Shown here: positions 1 through 20,328 of the stretch, piece by piece
Numbering within the stretch: position 1 is the first letter of the stretch
Layout: every line of letters begins with the position of its first letter
Source of the DNA: Macrostomum lignano
Taxonomy: Eukaryota
Direction: 5' to 3'
DNA length: 64,000 nt
Assembly: GCA_002269645.1 (NCBI GenBank)
Contig: NIVC01002307.1
Span: 121,262 to 185,261, forward strand
Made by a program: the position numbers and the translations under genes
Notes under the pieces: model-generated
What the model saw: only the letters and a program-made list of their open reading frames with translations
Databases searched by the model: none
Told to the model about the DNA's origin: nothing

Positions 1-727
1 CATTGGGTAATGGTTGGATGACGAGACCAACACACTGAACCAGCATGGGTAATGGTTGGATGACGAGAGCTACACACTGAACTAGCATGGGTAATGGTTG
101 GATGACGAGACCAACACACTGAACCAGCATTGGGTAATGGTTGGATGACGAGACCAACACACTGAACCAGCATTGGGTAATGGTTGGATGACGAGACCAA
201 CACACTGAACTAGCATGGGTAATGGTTGGATGACGAGAGCTACACACTGAACCAGCAAGGGTAATGGTTGGATGACGAGAGCTACACACTGAACCAGCAT
301 TGGGTAATGGTTGGATGACGAGACCAACACACTGAACCAGCATGGGTAATGGTTGGATGACGAGAGCTACACACTGAACTAGCATGGGTAATGGTTGGAT
401 GACGAGAGCTACACACTGAACCAGCAAGGGTAATGGTTGGATGACGAGAGCTACACACTGAACCAGCAAGGGTAATGGTTGGATGACGAGAGCTACACAC
501 TGAACCAGCATGGGTAATGGTTGGATGACGAGAGCTACACACTGAACCAGCATGGGTAATGGTTGGATGACGAGAGCTACACACTGAACCAGCATGGGTA
601 ATGGTTGGATGACGAGAGCTACACACTGAACCAGCATGGGTAATGGTTGGATGACGAGAGCTACACACTGAACCAGCATGGGTAATGGTTGGATGACGAG
701 AGCTACACACATGAACCAGCATGGGTA
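1..727. repeat. 42-bp minisatellite (CATGGGTAATGGTTGGATGACGAGAGCTACACACTGAACCAG), truncated by the window start
   Basis: ~17 tandem copies seen directly. Confidence 0.95.
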
Positions 728-3122
728 AGTTGAATGGATCATGAAAGACGAAAAATCACTAAGCAATTAAGCATTTGGAAACAATGCTAACGTCTCAGTA
801 CTAGCCATGTTTTACCAACCAAGTGCTAATAGTCTGCATGTATTGGGTTTTGGGTGGTAAAGCTTTGGGTGCAAAATATTGATTGCTAATCTTTAAATGC
901 TGATTGCGGAGTGCTTCAGATTCCGAGACTCAAAGGGAATATCTCATTTGCCATGGCTTCAGAAACTTTTCGCAAGAAAAAATGTTAGCTTTTCTCAGCA
1001 AGAAATCGTCACCCGTTAATTGACGAGTGATTTTTCTGGTTTGAATAGCAGATATGCTTCCTTCTTTGCTGTGAGATTCTGTTCAGATGTCAAAGTTGAT
1101 GTTGAACTTCAATATCCCAAATAAGGGTCTCGTGCTATCACTGTATAGCTGAATGCAACTGCAATTGTAGTTTCAGACTGCGAGGGTTTTAACTTTTATA
1201 GTATTATAGTATATTGTACTACGAGCGTACTCTTTATATTGTTCAGCGAAACTTATCGCACTATTCTACTTAGAAGATAAAGTAGTAAGCTTTGAAATAA
1301 AATTAGAATTATTTACTTGTAGATAATTGGAAGCATTAATGTCCTACACAGAAATTTAAATCGCTTTTAGAAACAGGAATTGAATGCGAAAATATTGCCT
1401 AAACATTTTGCGAAGAATTGACTCGCGAACTACTTGTATAGCTTTTTGTAATAGATGCTGCAGACATTGAATTGGAAGTAATTGAGATGCATAAATTTTT
1501 ATGGCATTTTTTCTGCCACTATACATGTACTTCTAATAGTTTTTTTATTTAGAGAGCAGAGAGACACGGGGCAGCTAATGTATGGAACTTGTCCCTCTAC
1601 AAACATATGTAAGGCTATATCAGTTAAGACTATAACTCCCTTCATCGGCTGCCTGGCACTTCAATGAAAGCATGCAGCGAATGTTTAGTGGTTTGGAAGC
1701 TTTGCAATTGTGTCCGGGCCATCCCGCTTTCTCAGTTTAAAATTAAGCCTCCTCATCAATTTGCTGGTTCAATCCATCTGCCTGGTTCTCCAGGCGACGA
1801 CAGGTAGCTAAGATAGAGTAGCACTAGCTCATGAGTTGAAGCTGATTTATATGCGATTGCAACCTCGGAAAAAACACATATTTAGTTCGTTTGACTTTAC
1901 AAGTATTGTCAAAAGCAAAATGTTTCGACAAAGCACCTATGGTCCATTAGGTGTCCATCAAAGAAATTTATTTTAAATAAGCGTTTTGTGAGCGATTAAA
2001 CAAAATACACGAAACTCTTAGCTAATTCAGTGCATACTTGTAAAAAACTGTTGTAGTTTTTATAAACTAGCATTTTTATTACTTTACTGGTTAATAAAAA
2101 AAAATTTTGCGTTGACATGTGCTTAGTCAACAACATAATTTGATTGGTGATATATTTGTATTTTTACAGTGCATATACAACAATAGGCCAGAATGCCCAG
2201 CCAACTGGCATTAACTTAAAGTATGCAGTTTACGTAATATTAACGTATTTTGGCATTTTTAGGCGCATGTGCCTACTTTACTTGACCAGTTAGTCATGCT
2301 TTGCTTTGCTACATGCTACATGCTTTGTTGCTTTTGTGTAACAAAGCATGTAGCATTTATGTAGCATTTATTTATACATAGCATTTATGTATACTAAGGA
2401 CTAAGGAGGATAGAGACTAGAGCATCGTTAAACTAAGCAAAATTCTTTTAATTTAAGCAAACAAATGCAATTCGATTGCAATTCCACAAATCACATCATT
2501 TTCAATAGTCAACATTCCATCCTAATTTTTCTTTATTTAACTTTCAACCTTAAGACAATTCTTTTATCCTAAGCTTCAAAAACTTATACTAAAGAAGGGC
2601 TAAGTTTTTAATTTTGTAATTTTAAATAGGAAATTTTGTTCTTATAAAATATGTTTTTTAACATCAGGCAGTTGTTATTTGTCCAGTGACTGGACAAATA
2701 GCCTTTTTGCTATTTTTCTAGTTAAATTGTTAACACAAGTGTCTATTTGTTTAGTGATGAATATTCTAGATTTTTAAGACCTTTTCTGGTATCCTGATTA
2801 ATATTTTGTTATATACTAGTGGCAGTGCAGGCAAAGCAGATATGTGTAGGGCCTAATGCATATGCAATTCAGTATCATTTGGTATAGGCCTATAAGACAT
2901 ACACTAGTTAATGAAGACAAAGTCTTTTCGCCCCAGTGAGCTTTGGGGTTGGAATTTTATAATACCTAGTGTTGTATCGATTATTTAAAGACTTTCAAGG
3001 CATTATTAACGCTGATGCTCCTAATATTTTGCGTCGTGTCATACATAAAGTTAGCCTAATAGATAAAGTAGGGCGAGAGTTTTAAAATGTCTCTAACGTC
3101 AAATGATTTATAGGAAGGGAAT

Positions 3123-3902
3123 TAGGGATGTCGATTCCCCAGGGAATTAATTATCTTATCGGGGACCCCGGTGAAAGAAAAAATAAGTAAAAACGGCGGA
3201 GCACTTAAATTGTAAGTGGAATTTTTTAAACTTTGATTTAAGCTTTGTACTACATGTTCAAGGCGCAGGGGTAAAAATTTTAAACAATGTTTTTTAAACT
3301 GTATTTGACAATGTGGCATCACGAAATCGTGCGCGCACCTTTATCGGAAAAGTGCATTTGTTGGAATGCATGCTAAACAGCTACGCTCGTGAGAGGATAA
3401 TTAATGAATGAGACTGTTTTTATAATCGGAATTTTATTTCTTGCATATATATGTAAATCACCATTTTGTCCTTGTCTAATAGGGAGTATATGTATGACAC
3501 CCCCTATGCGTCAGTGCCTGACGCATGACGCAGTGCTGCGCCTGCGTCAAGCCGTCAACGCAGACCAACACAGCAGTCACTAGTCAGTAAGGCTTCTTTT
3601 TCCTGACGGGTTTCTTTTCTACGTGCAATTTGCTTGATTGAATGACTTATTAGTGAAAAAACAATCAAACGTGTGTTGTGTTTCAAATACATGTAATGCA
3701 TTGAAATAAGCAATTATGCGGTAAAAGAGCATAGACAGAGTTTCAATCAGCTTTCTGTGAATCAGTTTCTTATTTTAATGGCAAAAATTAAGTTACAAAT
3801 GCATTTTTTCATATTTTTTCTCCCCAGGGTCCCCGGTTAAATTCCCCGGAGAGTATTCCCCGACAAGCTCCCCGGGGAGCACTCCCGGGGTCAACATCCC
3901 TA
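3123..3902. mobile_element. non-autonomous hAT-type element (MITE), ~780 bp
   Basis: TIRs TAGGGATGTCGA / TCAACATCCCTA (11/12, Ac-like TAGGGATG); subterminal inverted CGGGGACCC...GAAAAAATA motifs; 8-bp GAAGGGAA at 3114-3121 and 3903-3910 (left copy offset by 1 nt). Confidence 0.75.
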
Positions 3903-6049
3903 GAAGGGAAACTACGAGCATAAGTTCTGCAACACATATACAAGTAGCTAAGCATTAATAGACGCACTGCACCGATAAAATGTAATGGAATTGCTCGAAT
4001 CACCGACACCAAGACCCATAAAACTGGAGAAACTGGCAGGATATAGTAGATACATGTAGGTCAGAATCAGAAGTGATCATGGGTGGGTGGGTCAAGTGAT
4101 AATGGGTTCGACCTCGATTGTATTATTCCTTCTTAATCTTATGCAATTAATTGTAAATTAGGTATGAAGTAACAGTAATTATCCTTGACCATGCTAGAGT
4201 AAAGACAAGTCAAAGTCAAGTTAATAAAAATAGACACACAGTGTAACAATAACAATGGTTTTTAGAGCCATTTTTCTTGTCTGTGTTTGTCTTTGTACAT
4301 ACATGTACATTTGGGAAGACTTATCTGGACCCAATCCCTTCTTATTCTACATGTACGCTGTTTTGGGTATGGGGGTTAGAGTTGGGCCGTCTGACACCCC
4401 CCTCCCCCCCCCTACCATAGTGGACTGGAGAGAAAGAAGCACATGCTATCGCTATTGGCTAGCCTGTCGTTCTCTTTTTCTTTACCTTCTGTCTTGTGTA
4501 GCGTACACTATCCAATGCACAAGGCCCAACTTTCCACTAAAGGAAGGTTCATATAGTCCGCCCATGGGCTTCCTCTTGCTTTCGCGTACACTCAAGGCCA
4601 CTCACTCTCAACACCAGCCACTAGAGGCTTGTTTTAAATAATCGATCGATAATATTAAATGTACACTTGAAAGCTTGCTTTGGATCCTAGCAGAAGGGGG
4701 AGAAAGTGGCCAAGGCCACCACACCCCACAAGGCAGGCAGGCCGGCCCGAGTGCGATAACGAATGACAAAAAAATAGAAAAGTACAATTTACACATCAAC
4801 TTTCAATACAATAAATACAATAATAGGTACGGTATTAATGACAGTGTATTTTCGCACAAAGTAGCTACGTTCAAACCACCAGCACGTAAACAGCTAAAAT
4901 TTCACTGTTTATGAAATTTTATAAAATTTAACACATCATTTTAGATATTGAAAACTTTTAAAGGAGGGTATTACTGTTGCATGTGACTATAAAATCGTGG
5001 TAGGTATAGCTGATGATGAAACTGGTGATTGGTATCTAGCTTTTTCTAACTTAGCCGGTTAGACCCCGAAATAGCTATTGTAATTTGTAACGCTGGAGCC
5101 AAATACAAATACAATGGAGCAATTAGTTTCTCTCAAATCTGTCTCTGCCAGTGCCAGTTTAGTCCATAGTAAGTAACCAAAGTAAAATACCCATTAGTGG
5201 TCCCGTTTCTAATGTTTATAAATATTAAGCTTCAGTTTACTTTTGGCACAGTATGCAATTTTGAAAATTCACCCTAATAACGGTTTGCACCAGCAGGAAA
5301 GCAACTATTTTGTTGTTGGAAATCGGATTAAGCAGTCAAAAGAGTGTATTTCTATGAAAAAAGGTACTTTTTTTTCCATTTTTTCAAATATTTAAACAGG
5401 TTTCGCTCTTTCAATAAAAAAATCATCGCAGTACCTTAAAGTACAGTTAGTTTGGAATTAGATGACGGCGTTGAATTGTTTCTTCCATATTCCAAAAATT
5501 ATAATGAGCACTTTTCCTCAAATCAGTTTGAGATCATGATTTTTAGTCTTTCGTCGATAACTTTCTGATTTCAAATGTTTAAGAATTGAAAACTTCCACA
5601 CTTGTGTATCTTTGAATTGCGCATCAATTGGTGCATAGTATGTATGCTTAACTATTAGCAGTATAGAAAAAAATGCAAAAAACTGTAAAAGTACATTTTC
5701 AATTTTTGCATTTTTTGCAACCAAAGTGCCAACTTTTTGATACAATTGAAAAAAACAACCCAATAATGTTATGCATCTTAGTAAGGTGCACCTATAACCC
5801 TCGAACATTTTTAGCTCGAGTTTTAATGTGCATGAGGAAATGCACTTTTGTAAAGACATAATCTTAAGACAAACATTTCAACTGAAGCCTGTTCCTTTTC
5901 TCCGCAGTGAATCCATACAAAACTATACTCGTTAAATAGATCAGATTCTTCTCTTTAAAATGACACCTCACTTGTGAAATTCGCACTTGTAGTTTTGAAG
6001 TTACAGCAGTTTTTGTGAGATTTTTCTTGTCATTTTTTCGATGCACACG

Positions 6050-6236
6050 TCTCATATTATTATATTCGTCACAAGCCAGACCACCCAATGCGCTTCGCGC
6101 ATTGGCTGGCTGTTTGTTCCTCATGCTCGGCACTTTGTGCCTCGCGCGTTTGCTCCGCTCACCCCACAAACCCAAGGACACGCGCTTCGCGCGTGTCCTT
6201 GGGTTTGTGGGTTTCGCGGAGCTCACTGGGAACTAG
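6050..6236 (+). mobile_element. Helitron-like non-autonomous element 3' end with two GC-rich hairpins
   Basis: 9-bp stem at 6085-6105 and perfect 23-bp stem at 6163-6211, both with a TTC loop; followed by CTAG|T at 6233-6237. 5' end not established. Confidence 0.45.
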
Positions 6237-6744
6237 TAGGCCTATAAAAACATAATAATCAAGATACAAATAAGAAGTCTTTGAAGTCTAGGAATATTCA
6301 ACCTTGTAGTTTCTGTAAAATAAAATATCAATTTAACCAAACAAAAAATGGCTATTTTGGCTATTTGTCTTCTAACTCTAATATTAACCATATAAATAGG
6401 GAAACATAGCTATTATCCAATGGTATCCAGTCAATCCGGCAACAAGACAATCTGGCGACAGATGATCCAGCGACAGTCAATCTGGCGACAGATGATCCAG
6501 CGACAAATATTAAATCAACATATATCAGCATATATATGGAGCTATTATTTTTAGCTCTTTATTATTACCTATTATTACTTAAATAATTAAATAACAATCA
6601 CATAAACTATAATTGTTGCAGTATTTTACCAGAGTACTCATAGGCACGGCAGCCGTGTCTAATAATATTTGAGCTTATAGGCATGGCAATAAATCATTGA
6701 TATATATAAAACGCGCATTCTGTAACTTGTAAGGCTCTCTCATA

Positions 6745-6828
6745 AGCAAATAGTGGCATAGTGGATATGTAGATTGCCTTGTGATCGCATGTAGCAAGGG
6801 TTCGAATCCTGAGTGGTCAGAGTTTTTT
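6745..6828 (+). mobile_element. tRNA-derived (SINE-head-like) remnant
   Basis: A-box-like TGGCATAGTGG (6754-6764), B box GGTTCGAATCC (6799-6809), downstream T run; no convincing cloverleaf. Confidence 0.55.
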
Positions 6829-9637
6829 AATTTGAAATTTGTTAGCAAATAGAAATTTTTCCATCTTGAACTTTTTTAGGTTTTTAATTAAAATAAAAAA
6901 ATAAATTTAAATTATTTTAATTAAAAAATATTCAAAATTCTGCACATTCAAAAAATATTCGACAATATTTGAGAGTCAAAGAACCAAAAAATTGCTTTTC
7001 GCACTGCAACTTGTACGTGTTATAAATTTATCACATACATGTAACCCGCATTTAATGTAACAAATGCTTCATGGGTAATAATAGTATAATATATAATAAT
7101 AATATAATAACAATAGTATTAATAAAATTTATACTATAAATTTCAATTTTCAATTTTGTTACCATAAAATAGAAAGAACATGAATTTTCATTCTGGTGTA
7201 TACCTGGTATGATCTAGACTATGGTATATGCCATAATTTTCTAGCATGTATTAGCCTTTCATAGTTCACTAGTGTGCATGTTTGGCATGCTTAAATCTTA
7301 AAAGTTGTATTTGGCATACAAAATGTGGTATAAAAAAGCAATTTGAAAATAGGTGTAATTATTTTCTTGTTTTTGTAACAAAAGTTAAAACATTTAAAAA
7401 AAATAGATTTAAGCAATTAAGAGGTAATAGCAAGGCCAATAAAAAAATTAAATATTAATAAAATATGATAGTGTGCCACTCTTAAATGTTACATATATGA
7501 CAGATAGTACAATGTATAATAGTCTGGAAAAAATGGTCAATGTATCCAGCATATAGAAAAATCTACCGGAAAATTGCGCCACAGAGCCAGCATATAGCAT
7601 AGCTATTCATATACTAAAAACAAACTGTTGTAATGCAAAAAATGGTCTTCTATTGTTGCAATACAAAAAGGTGTTTTATTGTCCTAATGCAAAAAGAAAC
7701 TTTATTGTAGCTTGTAGCTATTCTTTTTTATAATGTCTAGCATATAGATCACAAGTAAATTTGTTTTTGTTTGGCATAAATTTGAATTCATTATGTAGAG
7801 GGTCATTTCTTCTAGCGTACTGTGTAACATTTGAGTGTGGTGATAATGCTATTTTAAAGAATTTTTAAGTCCTAGAATTTAAATAATTGTAAGTTTTTGT
7901 AAAGGAGTAATAGACAACATTTATTTTGTTATAATATACATTTAATTTTTAAACATAACAATAGAAAAAAGGTCCTTTATTGTTAAAACAGAATTGAACA
8001 GAATTCACACTTCCATTTTTGGCATACTTGGTATATACCTAAAATTTTACCCAAAAAAATTCTGGCATAGAGTGGACACCTTGACAATGGTATATAACAA
8101 AGGTACTTGCCATTTTTTAGTCTAATCAGCTGTATAGTATATATACTATCAAATGTATTGACATATGGCATATATAATGCGTATATATATATATTTGACA
8201 TGCCTTAAAGTTATATAATATACAAATACAAAATAGCATACAACCCATAGTTAGGAAGATAGCAGGTATATGCAAGTGCCCTGCTAGGCTGATTTGCATT
8301 AGACGCCGTCTACCAAAATGCTTATGCACTGCAATCAGGATAGGAATATCATTTTTTAATAAACAAGTGCCACTTGGCCAAATAAAATTTGGGTTGAAAA
8401 TATAGTATATTTTTATTGTTAGCAACTTTTTTCATTAGATAAAATGACTTTGATAAATAAATTGTAGCATTTATACTTTATATATTTTGAACTATATATA
8501 AAATAATATAGCTTAAAAAGCCCAAAAATAATATGTAAAAATATACAAAAAACCTTATCTTTAGAATTAAATATCCTTATATAATTCTAATATTCTTTAA
8601 TAATTAAGTATAATTATTAAAGAATCATATTTAGCAATTTGTAGTAGACAAAATGACTATATATGTTTGATATGATATATATGATATACTATTGAAATAT
8701 GCTAAGTTATTATTGCCTAATTTATTATATGAATAAAGTAAGATATTTTAGGTCTATTTTTTATTATGATTTATATTGAAATTAATTCACTTTTATAACA
8801 CATGTTGCATAGGTTAGCCCTATTTTATAAATAAATAGGCATATAGCAAACTTGTCAAGTAACTTGACCATTTTCTAGGATACTCAACTTGCCAAGTTTT
8901 GCCAAAAAGTATTGAGTTTTGTCAAGTAGTTGAGTTAATAAAGTATCAATAAAGTTACTCAAACAAAAAGTAATTGAAAAGCAAGATTTTGTGCTAAAAG
9001 TATTACTTGAGAATCCATAATTTCTGGAAGTACAAACAAAAGTGCAAAAAAATATGACATTTAATGCAAAAAAATATGACAATAGAGCAAGGTTGAGGTT
9101 TGAAATTCACTAACTACCAATTTTTCATTCTACCTGACTACTCAACAAAATTGACTCAAATATCCAGCTCTAACCCCCAAAGTTTGGTCAAGTACTCAAC
9201 TTTACCAAAACCCAAGTTTTTCTGGGGTCTAATTGAAGTATATGTTTACAAATAATACGTAGGTATGTTTGTTAGCTTATTTTTTCATTCATATATTTGT
9301 CCCCTTTTCTTCTTAGATCTATAGAAGTATTTACATGCATTGATACTAAATCTATCTTACTGTTTTATCTAAATTTAAAGTGCACTGTAACATACCCAAG
9401 ATAAATTTATTTTCTTGACTGCCTGAAGTTTTCAAATATATGTTAATCAATATTTTTGCTTAGCTAAATCAGAAATGTTTTTAATGGGCTATAAATAAAA
9501 AATGCTACTATCTCTACAAAATCTACATATTTTTGCTAGAGGTGACAAAGCCTTCAGAAATGAATAAAGAATTGGGGTGACGCAGCAATCTTTGAATTGT
9601 TTATCTTTGTTTTACAGCACTCGCGTCCTATTCTGGA

Positions 9638-16625
<6,988 letters not shown>

Positions 16626-17685
16626 CCAGATTAAATTAGATGAGTATCTGACTTGAATATTGATATTGTCTGTCATTATTGCTGTTTTTGGCCGACCTAA
16701 CTGCTTCTTGAGCTCTTTCTCTGCTTTTTTAACATTATTATTATACTCTAGCTTAAACAACTGGCTCCGTATCTTTGTATTCTGCCGCATGCACTCAATT
16801 ATTTGTGTTTTACTATCTCTGATTCGTATTTTTGCGCATCATATTTGCTAATTATAATCTTCCGCAAATTCGCTTATCTTCACTATACAAAGTGTACTTT
16901 GTACTTAATGCAAATATGCACTTTTACTGAACTAGTTAGATGACGAGGCATTTGCTTATTCAAAACACAGTAATAGTTACTCCCGCCGTTTACTCATACA
17001 ATGTTATCATTAGATCATAAAAACAGGGATCATAAAATGTAGGTCTAGGCAGTACAGGCTTATGAATTGCATTGGAGATTTTATCCTGATTTGCGCGCCA
17101 CCTTGCCTGAGCTTTGCGAGAATTTTACTTTTGACTGAATTAATTAACCAATTAATTTATTTATTAATTAGGTCATTAGTGCATTAGAGTCCATTAGTGC
17201 AATTGAATCTGTTCATATTGTTTGCTTCGCTTTAGTCATACGATTGTGAAATCAATTAAATTAATAATTCATGTAAGTGCAAACTATTATTTGTTAATTT
17301 CGATAGAGTTCAAAACGCGTTCCCATTTTGTTGGACTTTATTAAATATTATTTTAATTTTTATATGGTTGAAAATAATTCTATTAATGACATAATAACCT
17401 TACTTTGATTATTCTCTGTATATAGTCATTTTTTAGTTTTTTTCACTAGCCTATTACAGTATGCAATAATAATTGATATATTGTTATGCATCTCTTAGAG
17501 TCCTTTTTTCTTTAACAACCGGTTTCAATTATGCCGGCGGGTTGGAAGCCTGTCACTGACTGTATGCCTAACTGGGGGCCTCTTTATGCATTGATCTCTG
17601 CTGCATGTTCCTTTTTATTGCTGTTTAAATACCGCTTGCTAGATCAGTATGATGCTTTAACATAGCCTGTCTCACTTTCCCGCCT

Positions 17686-18270
17686 TCTCTCTGTTTATCT
17701 CACCGTCTATCTCACCCTTGTCTGTTTATCTCACCGTCTATCTCACCCTTGTCTCTATTTATCTCACTGTCTATCTCACCCCGACTCTGTTTATCTCACT
17801 GTCTATCTCACCCTTGTCTCTGTTTATCTCACTGTCTATCTCACCCTTGTCTCTATTTATCTCACTGTCTATCTCACCCTTGTCTCTGTTTATCTCACCG
17901 TCTATCTCACCCTGTCTGTTTATCTCACTGTCTATCTCACCCTGTCTGTTTATCTCACTGTCTATCTCACCCCGACTCTGTTTTTCTCACTGTCTATCTC
18001 ACCCTTGTCTCTGTTTATCTCACTGTCTATCTCACCCTTGTCTCTATTTATCTCACTGTCTATCTCACCCTTGTCTCTGTTTATCTCACCGTCTATCTCA
18101 CCTTGTCTGTTTATCTCACTGTCTATCTCACCCTGTCTGTTTATCTCACTGTCTATCTCACCCTGTCTGTTTATCTCACTGTCTATCTCACCCTGTCTCT
18201 ATTTATCTCACTGTCTATCTCACCCTGTCTCTGTTTATCTCACTGTCTATCTTACCCTGTCTCTGTTTAG
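17686..18270. repeat. ~31-35-bp CT-rich minisatellite
   Basis: Unit about TGTCTGTTTATCTCACTGTCTATCTCACCC. Confidence 0.92.
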
Positions 18271-18936
18271 CTCCATCTCATTCAAATGATTTGTTAGCAG
18301 ACGCACATTAAATGAATAATTTTTTTGTTTTGTGTTGCTACTATTTCTTTCTGCTGGGACCCTACGGGACTTTGACTCGGCCGAGGCCCAGTCTGTATTA
18401 GCAGCAAGATGCTCTCATATAAATAATTTAAATATATGCTTATATATAAAAGTTTTTGATGTCACTGATTGATTTGCGCTCATCAAATATTAAAGGACCC
18501 TTTTCAGCGCAAAACAGTTTTTTACTGCTTGCAACTTTTTTTGTTAAATTGTTGTTAAAGTTTAGCTAGCTTATTACCAAGTAAGTAAATGTTAATGTAT
18601 GCTTACTAACTACTCGAATCTGTTGCCCGCCTTTGCGTCCTTTATGCTCTGTATTTTTATTTATATGTTTGTATTTGTTTTGTTAAAATTTGTATAATTT
18701 CTGGACTCCAGTCGCGGGGAACAGACATTTATTGCTGGACCCCTTGGGAACACTTTTTATGTTTCTTGTCTGCAGTCATCCGCGTATATGAATGAATGAA
18801 TAAATTATTATGCATCCATAATTAATTATTATTACTTTATTCGTCTATTTGAATAGCAAATTGAGACATTTTTAATTGGTTTTTGCTTTCCAGTTTATTG
18901 CTGGCTGCAAGGCAGTGTTCTGATGCACTCAATCGT

Positions 18937-19390
18937 CCATTGATCACGTGATCCCATTCAACTTTATCGATCGCTTTTGTAAGCACAAGCTAATACTAGT
19001 ATCCAGGTGTCCAGTCATTTATCACGTGATCTCACTCAACTTTATCGATCGCTTTTGTAAGCACAAGCTAATACTAGTATCCAGTCATTGATCACGTGAT
19101 CTCATTTAACTTTATCGATCGCTTTTGTAAGCACAAGCTAATACTAGTAGCCAGTCATTGATCACGTGATCTCATTTAACTTTATCGATCGCTTTTGTAA
19201 GCACAAGCTAATACTAGTATCCAGGTGTCCAGTCATTTATCACGTGATCTCACTCAACTTTATCGATCGCTTTTGTAAGCACAAGCTAATACTAGTAGCC
19301 AGTCATTGATCACGTGATCTCATTTAACTTTATCGATCGCTTTTATAAGCACAAGCCAATAGCCGCTCCCGCTACTGTGGTCACGTGATC
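18937..19390. repeat. ~70/77-bp tandem repeat with palindromic GATCACGTGATC core
   Basis: ~6 copies of CCAGTCATTGATCACGTGATCTCATTTAACTTTATCGATCGCTTTTGTAAGCACAAGCTAATACTAGTA. Confidence 0.9.
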
Positions 19391-20328
19391 TTTATTGATC
19401 CAAGATAAAAGAAAAAGTCCAAGTCACGAAATTAGTTAGGCAGTTGTTGTCAGTAAAAAATATTGCATATTGGGCCGCGGGTTTGGCGCTAACCAACGAG
19501 TGTTTGTGCTATAAATAGAATTTACTGCATTGCTTTCCAGTATTGAAGTTATAAATAAGACTCAAATTCCAATGTGACAAAAAGGTGACAAAAAAGATTT
19601 TTTGTTAAAAAGCGGCAGAATACGAGCGTAATTAGAAAGTTAATGTCATTTGACATTTTCATAGACAATGCATATGCGTAGTAGTATGTAACGTGCATAG
19701 TAGTTTGTTAGTATAACACGCTTTGGCATGTAAAGAAACAGCAAAATAATGGCAATTATATATATATATATATATATAGTTGAGTGAAACTAAGTCTAAT
19801 TTTAAACTAAGATTGTCCTAAGATTGTTGTTGATCTCAACTTGCAGTTTTAAGGCTTAAGAGAGAAAATTTCTGATAAAAAAGCTAATAAAGAAAACGAA
19901 AAACAGTGAAAAAATAAAGGTCTAAGCAATTTTTGTTGTCAAGCATAAAGACATGACTAAACTTGCTAGCTAAAACTATTCATTTCAATCACTAAGTATG
20001 AAGAGGATATGCAGAACGAAGAGAGAACTTAAAAGTGTACATGTTCAAACAAGCAAATGTATTGACAAAAGGGTAAAATTATTTTCTGTATATAATAAAA
20101 CCAATTTTCAAAAAACAAGGGATAGCACAAAAACTTGTAGAACAACCTTTGTATTATGAATTTGAATACAACCTTTTTTAGTTGGGCAAACATTTCTTGA
20201 CGAAGAGGGTAAAAGATTGATGGATACAACCATTTGCGACACAAAAATTCCGCCATTGTTCCACGGCAAAGCGAGGGAACACTTCATTTAAAACATGTGT
20301 AGCTGGGAAAAACTGGCCGAAATTCAGT

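Noticed and set aside
1749-1810. Possible terminal exon on - (TCRRLENQADGLNQQIDEEA*)
   Set aside because: Short, with no partner exon or homology that I could establish.
5005-5030. Hammerhead-like CTGATGA...GAAAC
   Set aside because: No stem II between the boxes and no supporting stems I/III.
8850-9230. MITE suggested by repeated TACTCAA/TTGAGTA motifs
   Set aside because: No clear TIR pair or TSD could be defined.
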